A model generated the notes under the pieces. The model ran no database searches and was not told where the DNA came from. It saw nothing but the letters and a program-made list of their open reading frames with translations. Shown here piece after piece: positions 1 through 12,991 of a stretch of DNA of 64,000 nt (positions within the stretch are counted from its first letter, which is position 1; every line of letters begins with the position of its first letter). The translations under genes and the position numbers were made by a program. This DNA is from Octopus bimaculoides (Eukaryota), in the NCBI RefSeq assembly GCF_001194135.2, contig NC_068981.1, positions 134,076,715-134,140,714 of the forward strand, read 5' to 3'.

Positions 1-149
1 ATATATATAAATATACAAGGTGTAAAGCTACTGAAGATTTAGTATACACCACGTGGCAAAATTATCAGTTGAAAATATGTGTAAAAAAAATATAAAATGT
101 GGAAGAGAAATGCCTTCGTTTCATATAGTTTAATATCTTTTTATAAATA

Positions 150-1304
150 TATACATATTATATGGATGTCGTGAAATCCAACTGGTTTTCGCTATTTAAA
201 TTAGTTTTTCAAGGGACATTGTACAATAATCAGTTCTCATGACAGAGGGGTTTCGTCATTTTAGATGTTTGAAGAATAAGAAGACTGAGTTTAAAGAGTG
301 AACCAAAGGAAGCAACAGGTGGAAAGGGGGACAACTGGCTTCTTAGTAGAATTTTTTTTAAATAGTCAAAGTTGTATATTGAGGTGTGGTCTGTACTTTT
401 GTATGAACAGGTTTTCCTTGTTTAGGCATTCTTGTACTGAGGTTTAATCTTTGCATCAGTATAATGGGAAGATATGAAAATTCAGCGTTTTTGGCTTGCG
501 CATCTGTCGATGTGGCTGCTCAGTGCTATCTGCCTGTACTGAGGGAAACAAATCTGTTCTTTATGTAGCGTGACTCTGCATCTCAAGGTAAGGCTCATTT
601 GGCCCACATAATTGTGACTACAACCTGAGCAGGTTAGGACATAGATAAGGTTCTAGGAAGCACATGTGAAGTTGGTCTTAATTGAGAATTTTTGTCCTTG
701 CTGGAATGTGAGTTCCGAGCCTTCAGTTAGGTATGGGTATGTGCCACAATTAGGTTGTCTGCATTTTTTAACTGTTAGTATCGTTTGTATTGAGTATAGT
801 TTTGCATTTTTTAGGAGTCTCTTGAGTGATTTGTCTTGTCTTTTGCATTTTAGTAGTTTGTGTGTATTTAGGATGCTGTTCATTCTCAGGTCTTGAGTGA
901 GCAGCGGGAGATTTTTGTATAATTGTGTTGTATGCTTCATTGTTTCTGGGGTTGTGGGTTGATATGTATGGGAGTGATTTAGGGTGAGGTGTGGTGTTTT
1001 GTTTTGTTGTCCTTAGTGTATTTGTGTCTAATTTCTTGGCACATTTAATTCCATGTTCTATAAGTGTAGGTGGGTATTGACGTTCAATGAGTGTTATTTT
1101 GAGTTCTTGTAGGCAAAGTTCCGGAGTGGTTGTGTCAGATACAATTGTACAGATTCTTTTTGCTAGCTTGAATGGGATATTTATTTTGGTGCGTTTAGGA
1201 TGGCATGAACTGAAAAGGAGATACTGTTTTGAGTCAGTTGGTTTGTAGTAAATGTCGGTTGTAATTTGGTTGTTGGACTTTTTTACCATAACTAATCTGC
1301 ACAT
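150..1304 (-). mobile_element. Penelope-like retroelement 3' fragment: RT thumb, linker and GIY-YIG endonuclease (frameshifted, with stops), plus terminal region
   Basis: ORF 768-1304 has TDIYYKPTDSKQYLLFSSCHPKRTKINIP (PLE RT thumb). The shifted frame continues CRQPNCGTY...FTCAS*NLIYVLTCSGCSHNYVGQ...LRCRVTLHK and ends ENLFIQKYRPHLN near 370 (GIY-YIG motifs). Confidence 0.9.
166..219 (-). ncRNA. Degenerate hammerhead-like motif in the PLE 3' terminal region
   Basis: Minus strand ATGTC-CC-TTGAAAA-ACTA-ATTTAAA-TAGC-GAAA-ACCAG-TT-GG...GACAT. HHR order and partial stems are present, but the core deviates from CUGANGA and the cleavage triplet is GUU. Confidence 0.4.
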
Positions 1305-1732
1305 CCTCTGAGAACTAATGGATGATGATTCGACAATTTCCCCTCACAGCTGCACACACATCTGCAATGTTTTTCTCAATTCTCAGAACATTTGTCAATA
1401 TTGACATTTTTTTGGTCATCTTGGAAACGTCTGAACCACTCATACACTTGTGTGCAGCTCATACACTCCTCTCCATACACTTTCTGCAAACTTGCATAGG
1501 CCTCTGAACAAGTATCGCCATGACAATTTTCTCTGTCATGGTCAATGCAACAATCACACACAACACACCTTCCTTCTGAGCACTGCTGTAAACAACAGAA
1601 GTGAGCTAGAATGCTAAAACTGGCACATGCACAGCAGAGTTCAAGGTTAATCTGTGCCAAGCAACTCTACTCTGTGTGCTTTAGCTTTGTTACTATGGCA
1701 GCAGTCTGGATACTTATTAATCAGACCTCATA
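1305..1732 (-). mobile_element. Mariner transposon 5' fragment (TIR plus N-terminal HTH of transposase)
   Basis: Minus strand begins TA+TGAGGTCTGATTAATAAGTATCCAGACT (mariner-type TIR). Translation SEAYASLQKVYGEECMSCTQVYEWFRRF matches the mariner N-terminal HTH. Confidence 0.85.
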
Positions 1733-1769
1733 TATGTATGCATATATCTAAGTGTGTGTGTCTGTGTGT

Positions 1770-1975
1770 CTGTATTTTTACCCCCATCACCGCTTGACAA
1801 CCGGTGTTGATGTGTTCACATCTCCATAACTTAGTAATTCAGTCAAAGAGACCAATGGAATAAGTACTAGGCTTAAAAAAATAAGTCCTGGGGTCAATTT
1901 GTTCAACTAAAATCCTTCAAGGTGGCACTCCAGCATGGTCACAGTCAAATGACTGAAACAGATAGAAGAATGAAA
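1770..1975 (+). mobile_element. SINE family A, 3' half
   Basis: Matches the reverse complement of the copies at 27650-27830 and 52225-52420; ends GCACTCCAGCATGGTCACAGTCAAATGACTGAAAC. Confidence 0.8.
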
Positions 1976-2004
1976 GAATATACACACACATACCCACATC
2001 ATAT

Positions 2005-2016
2005 ATAGATAGATAA

Positions 2017-2077
<61 letters not shown>

Positions 2078-2102
2078 CAGACAGGCAGACAGTCAGACAG
2101 AC

Positions 2103-2147
<45 letters not shown>
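2005..2147. repeat. (GATA)n/(GACA)n microsatellite
   Basis: Direct reading; explains ORF 1917-2228. Confidence 0.95.
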
Positions 2148-2364
2148 TTCAGAAATCAAACCTGAGACCATGTGGTTGAGAAGCAAACTTCTTACCACAC
2201 AACCATGCCAGCACTTACTCATTTGCAAAATTAGCTTGTTTGATGAAAATAATCTGCTATTTTAATTTTTAATTTAAAAAAAAAAAATCATTGAGCGGAG
2301 AATAGAAAAAATTAAAAACCACTAAACTAGTGGTTGTGACAAAATACTAGGTCACACCTATGAA

Positions 2365-4603
2365 TAATATAGGTTTTTTGCAGTCATTTTCATACGTTTG
2401 TCATTCAATTTGATAACCGGATCATTCAAAGTCACAAAAAATATTAGCACCATGATGTTAGCCATTCAAATTCATTTTTTAATCATTAAATTTTGCACTT
2501 TGGTCAAAGAATTTAGCATTTACATCATTCAAATTAAAATGCCCGTCAAGAGCATTCAAATTAGTTGGAATGCAAGGAAGAATCTTTTTGAGCATTCAAA
2601 TTCGTACATGAGCATTCGAGTTCAGAATAAGTTTATTCAATTTAGCACTAATTTTACATGTGTGTTTTTACTCACATTCTAGGAAGTGAATGTTAGAAAT
2701 GACAAATTTAAATGACATGTTTTGTCATTCAAAATTTTATTATGTTGTTATAGCTACAAGAAATAAATAAATTATGTGATTCTTCTGTCCATGAAAGTCT
2801 TTTTCATTGCAACATTCGTATCCGGTTGGTATCAGATGCCTTTTATATCCCTTTCTCTTACACCAACTTGTAATCATGGAGCCATGCATAAGGTACATGT
2901 GTATATTGGAAAAAGATAGGGCAAGGCTGGTTGACACCTTTGAGGGGCATCAAACTGATTACCTGAAACTGGCAGACACACTTGGCAGTAAAAGGAGTAC
3001 TGTCTGATCCATAGTAGTGACATACCTACAGTCTGTGAGGCAACCCAAGTTGCCCAGCGGAGGTACCCACCATGTTAAGGTTGATGAGGAAATGCGAGTC
3101 AGGCTCCAGATGATTATTGATGCCAACCCACTCGCAACCCATCAACAGATGAAGTGGGACTTAGAGGCAGCATTGCCCAGAAAGCTGCCTGTTCTTGTGT
3201 CTGTAATCTCATGGGCTCCAGATAGGATGCTGATAACTATGAAGTTGGCCGAAGACGTCCCAGATGCAAGAAATGCCCCAAAAGTGATATGAGTATGAGC
3301 ATTGGTTCATGGAAGAGGGAGTCATCAGCCATTGCGTATTCATTGATGAATGTGGGTGCACCATTTGGATCAGGCGGTCTTTTGGACAAACCCCTCAGGG
3401 CATTCCTGTTCACTGAGTTATCAACCATCAGCATGGGAAAAACTGTAACGTCACTTCTGCAGTGAGGGGAGAAATTGGCCTGGTTCACCACTCCATACAC
3501 AAAACTCTTTTGAGGGGTTCTTGGCAGAAACACTTCAGTGGATGAATCCATCTACTTGATATACTTGATCTACATGTGGCCACACATTTGTGCCAAACTG
3601 CCAGCTGACACCAACCCATGGATCAAGCTGAAGCTCATGCCTCCCTACTCGCTGTTTCTTAATTGTACGGAAATGGCACATTCTGCCTTTAAGGTGGCTG
3701 TCAAGCGGGACCTTGCTTAAACTGAGTTGCAGCAAAAGTTTGGCAACTGGGAAGCTGCAGAAGAAGCTGGCATGACCATGGAAGAATGGCAAATACATGT
3801 CATACAACAGGTCACAAGGTGTAACATCAACACTATCACTCCAGAAAATTGTGTTCATTGGTATAGATAGACCCAGACCTACCTCCTGAGATGCCTTGAC
3901 CACCAGGAAATAGATGTCTAAATCCTCTCAAATGAACTCTCCTTATCAAGACTTTAAATCAATAATTATCTTAGTATACATAGCACCCTTTCCCTGATGA
4001 AAGAAAAAAGTGCAAAATCAAAGAATTATATACTTTTCCCAATAAGATATATTATGCAACAGAAGAACACATATCACAACATAGTGTATTCAAAATCAAA
4101 GAAAACGAGCATCTGTTGTAATTGTGAGTTTCTTTAAAAAGATTGAGAAGGCTAGAATGCAATTTCATGAAGTCTTTAACAATAGATACATGTACCTATG
4201 CAAAAATAAAAGAATACATAGAAACGACATAGGCACGACAGAGTGCTTAAAGCATAAACAATGAATGAAAGCACATGATTATGATAACAATGATCATGAG
4301 ATAAAACTAAAATTGCTATCCTGCTAATTTGATTGCTTGAAGTGTTAAATAGATTGCTCTAAAACAAATTTGAATGCTCGAAAAGACACTTCTTTGCATT
4401 CTGTCTAATTTGAAAGTTCTCAACGAGGATTTTAATTTGAATGATGTAAATGCTAAATTCTTTGACTGAAGTGCAAAATCGAATGATTGAAAAACGAATT
4501 TGAATGACTAACTTCATGGCGCTAATTATTTCCATAACTTTGAATAACCCGATTATCAAATTGAATGACAAATGTACAAAAATGACAGCAAAAACCTATA
4601 TTA
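2365..4603 (+). mobile_element. Full-length decayed Tc1/IS630-superfamily DNA transposon with ~250 bp terminal inverted repeats
   Basis: 2365-~2630 and ~4360-4603 are inverted copies (TA-ATATAGGTTTTT ... AAAAACCTATAT-TA); ORFs 2398+ and 4359- translate almost identically. An internal DDE transposase remnant is present. Confidence 0.9.
2879..3720 (+). pseudogene. Disrupted Tc1/IS630-type (DDE_3-like) transposase
   Basis: HTH-like N-terminus (DYLKLADTLGSKRSTV), first catalytic motif CVFIDECG...RRSFG, and LMPPYSLFLNCTEMAHSAFK (cf. LPPYSPFLNPIE); multiple stops and frameshifts. Confidence 0.8.
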
Positions 4604-4704
4604 ACTAGAGACATGTAACCTGTCTAGTAGAGGACAGGTTACCAGTCTGTGACAGATAATATTCATCTCGTTATCTGGAATATTCTTATTATAGAGTGGT
4701 AGCT

Positions 4705-5121
4705 TATGTTCTTCTATCTTTTATTTTTTCACTTGTTTCAGCTATTAGACTGCAGCCATGCCAGGGCACTGCCTTGAAGAATCACTTTTTTTTTGTTGTT
4801 GTTCAATAAATTGACCTTCACTACTTATTTTTTCTTTTAAGCCTGGTTCTTATTCTGTCAGTCACTTTTGCTGAACAGCTAAGTTACAGGACCATAAACA
4901 AACCAACACTGCTTGTCAAGTGATGGGGGCGGGGGGGGGGACAAATACACACACATATGATGGACTTCCCTCAGTTTCCATCTACCAAATCCACTCACAA
5001 CTCTTTGGTCAGCCTGAGGCTATAGTAGAAGATACTTGCCCAAAGTGTCATGCAGTAGGACTGAACTCAGGACCACGTGGTTGGGAAGTAAGCTTCTTAC
5101 TACACAGCCATGCCTGCACCT
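4705..5121 (-). mobile_element. SINE family A, near full length
   Basis: tRNA-like head (A box TGGCTGTGTAGTAAG, decayed B box), central domain GTGAGTGGATTTGGTAGATGGAAACTG, and shared 3' tail. Confidence 0.85.
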
Positions 5122-5386
5122 TCATGTAGAAGATTTTCATCTGATCTGTTTAATACCCCTTGGTGGTTTGTTAGAAACATTGTCAATAGCATCTACTTAT
5201 GAAATGTGGTGAGAACACTGACAACTGGGTCAATAAAGAACCGCTTATCTAATTATATTAATTAGATTAACAGTTGATCTAATTAACACCTTTATCTGGT
5301 TACAACTTCTTCATATTCTGGCAAGAATAACATCTCAACCATTTTTCCCTTTTCCCTTCTTTTCCTGAGCATCCACAAGCACACAT

Positions 5387-5445
<59 letters not shown>

Positions 5446-5956
5446 TACACACACTATCACATGTACACACACACATGCACGCATGCACACATATACACAC
5501 TCACACACACACACAAACACTCACACACACATGCATTCACACAAACATAAACACATTTACTCAAAAGGAAGTCTGATATGAATACGTGTATGTGTGCATG
5601 TATATATATGTGTGTTTATGTTGATGTACTACTGAACATATATTAGCATGTTTTCAATACATTACTGTCAAGTTTCTATAACTTGTTGATGTTATTTTTA
5701 TTGGACTCTTCAAAATATATAAAACAACTTGATATTCTGTTTGTGTTTTATGTGAGCCTGATTCACAATTCCAACATGTCAGTAGAATGCATCCTAAAAC
5801 TATAGACAAAATATTGAACAGGTCTTGTACACTTTGAGCAATGCAACAAAAACATTCACAAGTCATAAAATATTTATGGAAAGCTATTAATATTTTGTTA
5901 TTATCATACTTTCAATGTCATTCACACATATACGTAAATAAATGAATATATATATT

Positions 5957-5997
<41 letters not shown>

Positions 5998-6323
5998 NNN
6001 NNNNNNNNNNNNNNNNNNNNNNNNNNNNNNNNNNNNNNNNNNNNNNNNNNNNNNNNNNNNNNNNNNNNNNNNNNNNNNNNNNNNNNNNNNNNNNNNNNNN
6101 NNNNNNNNNNNNNNNNNNNTATATATATATAGATAGATAGATAGATAGATAGACAGATAGATATAGATAGATAGATAAATAGATAAGGATATAGATATAT
6201 ATGTACATACATATATGTGCACATAAATACTGAATGTTTATAACTATACAGCTATTCATTTGAATATAACATCATTAAGTGCTATACATACATACATACA
6301 TACATACATACATACACACATAT

Positions 6324-6355
<32 letters not shown>

Positions 6356-6460
6356 CAGAATGTTTGTTGTATAAAATAAAATAAATTTCTTTCATGCATC
6401 ATGGGTTTTATAGCCTCATTCATAAGCTTACCTATATCTTTATGATAGTATACATTGGGC

Positions 6461-6514
<54 letters not shown>

Positions 6515-6936
6515 TTATATAAACACACATACATGAGTCATTATATTTTATCATTTTATGGTTTATTTCATTTTACCATTTGCGCATTTTTTACAGTTTG
6601 ACACTTTATTTTTGTACTCAAAGTGTTCCATGGTCTGACTTTTATTCAAGTAGACACCCCATTATGAACAGATCTTATTCTTTAGCCTCATCATAATAAT
6701 GATACCAGAGTGTGCCTTCTTAAAAGTATCACCATATTTTTAGCTTCTTGGAAATGCCTTTAGTATTGAGACTGAAATTTGGGATTCAGAAAAATACTCA
6801 TTTGTGTACTTGCGCACGTATGCGTGTGTGTGCATGTGTGCATGTGTTCGTGTGTGTGTGTGTGTGTATGTGTGTGTGTGTACGTGTGTATGTACATGCA
6901 CATATGTTTTAAACTGCCATAAATGTTTTTTCTCAC

Positions 6937-7054
6937 AAAACCTTTCTTTTTATATACAAGTACAAATGTTTTGTCATCAACCAACACAAAAGCTCTATAG
7001 GCTTCTTTAAATAAATACAAACTTCTGTAAAGCTTATTGCTTTTAAAAGGCTTT
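6937..7054 (-). CDS. Candidate internal exon of unidentified minus-strand host gene (phase 2 to 0)
   Basis: Acceptor CTCTTTTTCAG, donor TTT|GTGAGA, 118 nt open as KPFKSNKLYRSLYLFKEAYRAFVLVDDKTFVLVYKKKGF in non-repetitive DNA. No homology recognised. Confidence 0.4.
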
Positions 7055-7734
7055 CTGAAAAAGAGTATATAATGAATAACATAATAACATATAAAATGAG
7101 ATAACAATTTTTCTGTAAAATAAGCCAATGATCTGGTTAGGAGAATTTTCAGTTAGAACTGGTTCTTTGTCATTAATGTCTTTAAAAATGACATCAACAG
7201 AACAAAATTCCTATTTGCCTCTTTGAAAAGAAAATACCAATATATCTATATTCATTGCTGATTCATAATGGCATAATTTTAGTACTTACTTATGTGGACA
7301 TAAATATTTTTTATAAGTTGTAGTGAAATCGGATTAACTCAGTATTGTGGGATTATTGTGATAATTATTTAGATCAGAACAAATTAAAGCCTTACCATAA
7401 TGAGCAACGATAGCCATAATTTTCTTTCATCTTCATTATAATGTACTTGGCCTATCTTACATACTTTTTGACTCAATCAAATATCTTTAATAAAATGTAA
7501 TAGATTATAATAAAAGTAAAATAGTGACATATATTAAGTTTACACGAACAGAGGAAATATGTAATATTTCAAACAGAGCCCAAACAACTCAATGAAGTCT
7601 TAGACTTAGTTTAACAGATTTGAGCTTCTGTAATTGTCCACACAAGTACATCTCCTTTAAACTTGTCACAGTTGATAATTTTGCTACACCAGTTATTAAG
7701 GTTAACAACTATTCTTGAAACATTTTTTGGCTAG

Positions 7735-7975
7735 ATACAACAAATAGCGTCATAATATTGATTTCAAATTTTGGCACAAGGCCAGCAAGTTCTGGGGAAG
7801 GATTAAGTTAATTACATCAACCCCAATGCTTGGCTGGTACTCATTTTATCGACTCTGAAATGATAAAAGGCAAAGTCAAGCACAACGGAATTTGAACTCA
7901 GAACGTAAAGACAGATGAAATGCCACTAAGCAATTTTCCTGGCATGCTAACAATTCTGCCAATTTGTCACCTTAA
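7735..7975 (-). mobile_element. SINE family B (tRNA head; TTGCCTTTCATCCTTT..GTCGATAAA.TGAGTACC central motif)
   Basis: Same sequence recurs at 14440, 23125, 34775, 40150, 40455, 42320 and 47145; B box GAGTTCAAATTCC. Confidence 0.8.
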
Positions 7976-8039
7976 ATGGCTTTATAATATTGTTCCTTTT
8001 TATCAGTTCATTGTTATACAAAACAAAAAGTCATATGAA

Positions 8040-8770
8040 TTCACCCAATTTGACATAGTAGAATTCTATCCACTAATTGGAAAACCATCCTAACATTAGA
8101 CATTTAAAAAGAATTCATCAAATTCAATGATTAGCAACAGATAAACATAACAATGCCTCAAGAATGTCTTCTCCCACTATTCTATGATAATTCACCAAGA
8201 TAAAAAATGAAAATGAAAAGCTATAACAGAGTTGAGGCAAGCAAATTAGTAAAACTATACATACTAGAAAAAAATAGGTAACACAGCCAACCACTTAGAA
8301 GAGGTTGCCACAGAGGAAATAGCTTAGCAATCTCCCAAACATGAAAGGGTATGAAGGCACAATTATAAAAAATTAATAAATACTTTCAAGGATCTCAACC
8401 TTAAGATAATTATCCAACCAGCCTATGCATGGTAAATTTCATAGACATAACATAAAGCTTAATGAGAGGAAAATGCTATTATTATAAGAAAACAGATGGA
8501 TTGGCATTATATATGAACAAGCATTCAAACTACCTACCTTTAATAATATAGAGCTTAGCCAGAGAATCTCCTCAATTTTCTCCAACAAAACAACGTTAAA
8601 CTAAGTATTCTACAATAAAACCTTAAACAAAAGTGGGTACCCAACCAACAATGGCTACCATTAGCTATACAGCAGGAATAACTTATAAATCAGCTACAGC
8701 AGCATAAAAAATATAAATTACACCATAGCTAGAAATTCATTAGTCACAGATGAAAATAAATGTTATTACA
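8040..8770 (+). mobile_element. Heavily decayed Penelope-like reverse transcriptase fragment
   Basis: Frame-shifted motifs QFDIVEFYP, SYNRVEASKLVKLYILEK (cf. SYDGAEVCELVGLYIL), HRGNSLAI (cf. YRDDGLAI), VNFIDIT, YMNKHSNYLPLII, KSGY. Confidence 0.75.
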
Positions 8771-9184
8771 ATGGATTAAAATGTTGTGTGTTAAGTGGCA
8801 ATTGTCTAAAAGAAGTAATCTTCAACAATACTGAAAGGTGGGGGCGGAGTAGAAACTGATAAAAACTATATTGAAGTAACAAGCAGATTGTTCAAAGTTA
8901 GATACACACAACATATACAAACATACATTCATACAATTCTCACTGGTAAGAATTAAACTTATAAAATGGATAGAGGAATTTAGAGGATTGCTTTGGTCCA
9001 ATGGTAAAATGCCTGCCATGTTTACAGGAAATGTAGGTTCAAGTCCCATGGATAACTTTCACTCTTACTATCCAAAGGGTTTTTAACTCAATATTTACAC
9101 TATTATTCATAGTATTATGTGCTTCAAGATCCAGTCTTCCAAAAGAATTACATATATGTATGTGTGTATGTATATACATATATA

Positions 9185-9378
9185 GGGAGGATTCACAAAA
9201 AAAACAAAAGACGAAGACAGGTGGTGTAGACAGCAAACAGATGTATTAGTATAATGCTCGGGAAGTGAAAAAGTCTTTAACATTTCGAGCCTATGCTCTT
9301 CCACAGAAAGGAACACAAAAAGAAACAAGGAGAGAAAAAAAAGAATGTGTAGTGGCTAGCAATCTATCATGGCAAATC
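9185..9378 (-). mobile_element. ~200 bp PLE-terminus-like dispersed repeat with HHR-like motif (copy 1 of 3)
   Basis: Near-identical to 31661-31868 and similar to 38407-38660. Minus strand has CTTT-CTGTGGAA-GAGC-ATAG-GCTC-GAAAT-GTT-AAAG at 9274-9310; flanked by (TA)n. Confidence 0.7.
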
Positions 9379-9407
9379 ATACATACCTATATATATACCT
9401 ATATATT

Positions 9408-9440
<33 letters not shown>

Positions 9441-9663
9441 NNNNNNNNNNNNNNNNNNNNNNNNNNNNNNNNNNNNNNNNNNNNNNNNNNNNNNNNNNNN
9501 NNNNNNNNNNNNNNNNNNNNNNNNNNNNNNNNNNNNNNNNNNNNNNNNNNNNNNNNNNNNNNNNNNNNNNNNNNNNNNNNNNNNNNNNNNNNNNNNNNNN
9601 NNNNNNNNNNNNNNNNNNNNNNNNNNNNNNNNNNNNNNNNNNNNNNNNNNNNNNNNNNNNNNN

Positions 9664-9704
<41 letters not shown>

Positions 9705-9944
9705 ATGTATATATATACACGTATATTTATATCATCATTATCATCATCATCATTTAATGTCAGCCTTAGTACAAATAATATAGAGTGTCATCCCTTGTGT
9801 AAATGGCTAAGGGATGTTCTCTTAGTGACCGTACACAGAGAATGTTCCATACTTATTTAAACAAACAAATAACATAAGAAATCTTATAACACTACATGGT
9901 GTCATTATTGTGTTAATTTTTTATGGTGTATGTAATTGTTTTGA

Positions 9945-10260
9945 AGGTGCATGGCTTATTGGTTCGGGTATTCAGCTCAGGATTGCAAGTTTGATTGCTA
10001 GCAGCATGTTTTGTCCTTGAGCAAGACACATAATTTTGCATTGCTCCAGTTCACTCATGTGTCAAAAATGAGTTGTACCTGTAATTCAAAAGGCCAGCCT
10101 TGTCACATTCTGTCACATGCTGATTCTCCCTGAGAACTACATTACGGGTATATGTGTTTGTGAAGTGCTCATCCACTTGCATGTTAATTTCACGAGAAGG
10201 CTGTTCCTTTGATTGAATCGACTGGAACACTCACTGTCGTAACTGATGGAGTGTCAGTTA
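9945..10260 (+). mobile_element. SINE family C, decayed copy
   Basis: Matches the reverse complement of 17580-17965 and 43520-43835. Confidence 0.7.
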
Positions 10261-10549
10261 TGTAATTTTTTGAGGCAACAATCATTCTGTCTTGAAATCT
10301 ATGTGCCTCCAGATATGAAAGAATGGGATTGCAATGTATATATCAATCAACTTCCATTTATCCAACCAAGGGTATTTTGTAAGGCAGTGTATTGTGTATA
10401 TATAGGACAGAAAATGTAAATGAAATTACCTAATAAATATCAATGAACAATAAAACAAAATGCATTGTATGAAATACACGATCTGATCAATGTGCTTCTC
10501 CAGCAGAATAAATTAAGGGATGTCTCACTGCTGGCACCAGAATGAATTC

Positions 10550-11735
10550 ATTAAAAGTCTGGGCTGATTTGCAAATAGACTAATGATGATGTAGTAATGG
10601 TAGGAAATCGACCAATGGAAAAGAATGAAAATTTAGTGAAACTAAATACTAGGCTGTCAAATATGAAATTTGTAATAAGGTATATGGTAAACTTTGACAG
10701 CTGCTCATTTTGTGCCATTATTATATTTTGACAATCTTTATCTTTTGCTAGAAAGCTGACACATCTATTTCTTTTAATCTGACTCATTTTGTGCTTTATA
10801 AAGTATTTATAAATTGTTTTTTGCTATTTTTGTTTAGAGATGGATAAGTCGGAAATTTGTACAGTTTTGAAATATGAGTTCTTTCTTGGAAATACAGCAC
10901 CACAGACAGCTTGGAATATTAATGGAGTATTTCATTCTAATGTTATTACACAGCAGACAGTATCAAATTGGTTTGCAAAATTTCATTCTGGTAACTTTGA
11001 CAAATGAGCAACACAATCAACCAGAAACAAAGGTGGATAATGACGAACTGAAAGCCACCATCAAGTCAGATCCATCTCAAAGTGCCCGTGAATTATCGTT
11101 GTTGCTTGGTGTTAGCAAGCAAACAATATTGACTCACCTAGTTCAAATTGGTAAGGTGAAAAAGTTGGATAAGTGGGTCCCACATGAACTCAATGAAAAT
11201 CAGAAACAGTAATGTTTGGAAGCCTGCATTATGCTACTTTCTTGTCACAAAAATAAATTAATTTTGAATCGAATTGTAACATGTGATGAGAAATGGATCC
11301 AATACAACAACCGTAAATGTTCAGCACAATGGTTGGACAAAGACAAGCCACCAAAACACAGTCCAAAAAGCAAAATTCATCAAAATAAGCTGATGGTGTG
11401 TGTTTGGTGGTTTGGCGCAGGTATGATTCATTATGATTTCATTAAACCTGGCTCATCAATCCCAACCGAAGTATACTGCAGCCAACTGGACCAAATTATG
11501 CAGAAACTTACAAAAAAACAGCCTGGATTAGTCAACAGATCCACTCATATTTTATTGCAATTAATGCCAGACACCACATCGCAAAAATAACATTGGCAAA
11601 ACTACAGGAGTTGGAGTTGGAAGTTCTCCATCATCCACCATACTCACCTGACCTTGCCCCCCACTGACTACCATTTCTTCCAGAATTTGGATAACTTTTT
11701 GACAGGAAAAAAATTTAATTCTGATGACACTGTCA
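10550..11735 (+). mobile_element. Mariner (D,D34D-type) transposon with disrupted transposase, 3' truncated
   Basis: ATG at 10840 (MDKSEICTVLKYEF...TVSNWFAKFHSGNFD), then WVPHEL, IVTCDEKW, KLMVCVWW and LHHPPYSPDL/APTDYHFF; stops and frameshifts. Confidence 0.92.
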
Positions 11736-11989
11736 CCTTTGCATGATATATATATTTGTGTGTGCATGTGTGTGTGTGTGCATGTGTGTGTGTGCATGTG
11801 TGTATGTGCATGTGTGTGTGCATGTGCATATATGTGCATGTACTGCAGTTAATCAAAATCTAGAAGTGAGAGTAAATAAGATTTACATCCTTATATTTAC
11901 AGCTGTTTCATAACTCGCTTTCAGTTACATCATCAATTCTGATTTAAAGGTGAGTATACATTGAGGAACGCAGTAATACTGACATGAAG

Positions 11990-12550
11990 CACAACTTCTC
12001 TTGGACTTGTGACCACTACATTACATCACATTTTGAAGGCTATGTATTTTCAGTTCAAGAACAGGAAATTGCTACAAAATACCTAATTAACAAAAGAGAC
12101 AGTGAAGCCCTTGGAGCTCCAAGATGCAACTGAAAATAAGGATTGTGTCGTATTTCTGCAGAAGATATCACACATGTGATCAGTAGCTATCCAAAAATGT
12201 AATCAAGGTACTACTTCCCTTTGCAACACAACATTGTCTCAAAAACAACATGCAATACCATTTGGAAAAAAAAAAGCATGTCATGGAATAAATATATACA
12301 CTAACATCAACACAAGGAATATTGGTGGAACATTCCGATCAAAACATCTGTCAAGTGCAAATATAACAGACCAGATATTGTTGTTTGGGACAGACAAAAA
12401 AATGTATGTACCATCATAGAGGTCAGCTATTCTGATGATGTGACTATCTGTTTGAAAATCAAAGAGAAAGAGGATAACTACAGACAACTGCTTCAAAACC
12501 TCCAGCTTCTATATCCAGATTATAAATTCACATTTATATCAATAATAATT
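11990..12550 (+). mobile_element. R4/Dong-like (RLE) non-LTR retrotransposon 3' fragment
   Basis: EGYVFSVQEQEIATKYL, decayed CCHC knuckle (LCRISAEDITHVISSYPK), RPDIVVWD...IIEVS (PD-(D/E)xK endonuclease), EKEDNY; same family as 59080-59910. Confidence 0.8.
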
Positions 12551-12991
12551 TCTTCCATTTCTTTATCCCAATTCCTTTATTTCCTTTATTTCCTTTATTA
12601 CCTTATTCCAACCCTACTAAATCTTTTATATGCATCTTACTTTATCATCCGTATTTTTTCTTATATTTCTCTCGATTTGACTTCTATTATTTTTGTATTT
12701 TATCTCTTATTTTATATTGTTTTTTCGTGTTTTACATTGTTTTAACCTCTAACTTCTTTCATTTTTGATCTTCTCCTTCTATCTCATATACGCTAGTTAT
12801 ATTTATTTATCATTCACTCTACCCTGAATTGTGGTACAGTATGGACAGATTTTTGAATACCAAGGAACTTTTATGTAGATATAACAATTTAAAGGATAAG
12901 CATATTACAATGGATAACACTAAGTGGACTTTTCCTTTTTCTCTCTCTCTCTTTCTTTTTTCCTTGTGATGTAATCTTGGGACTGAAAATG

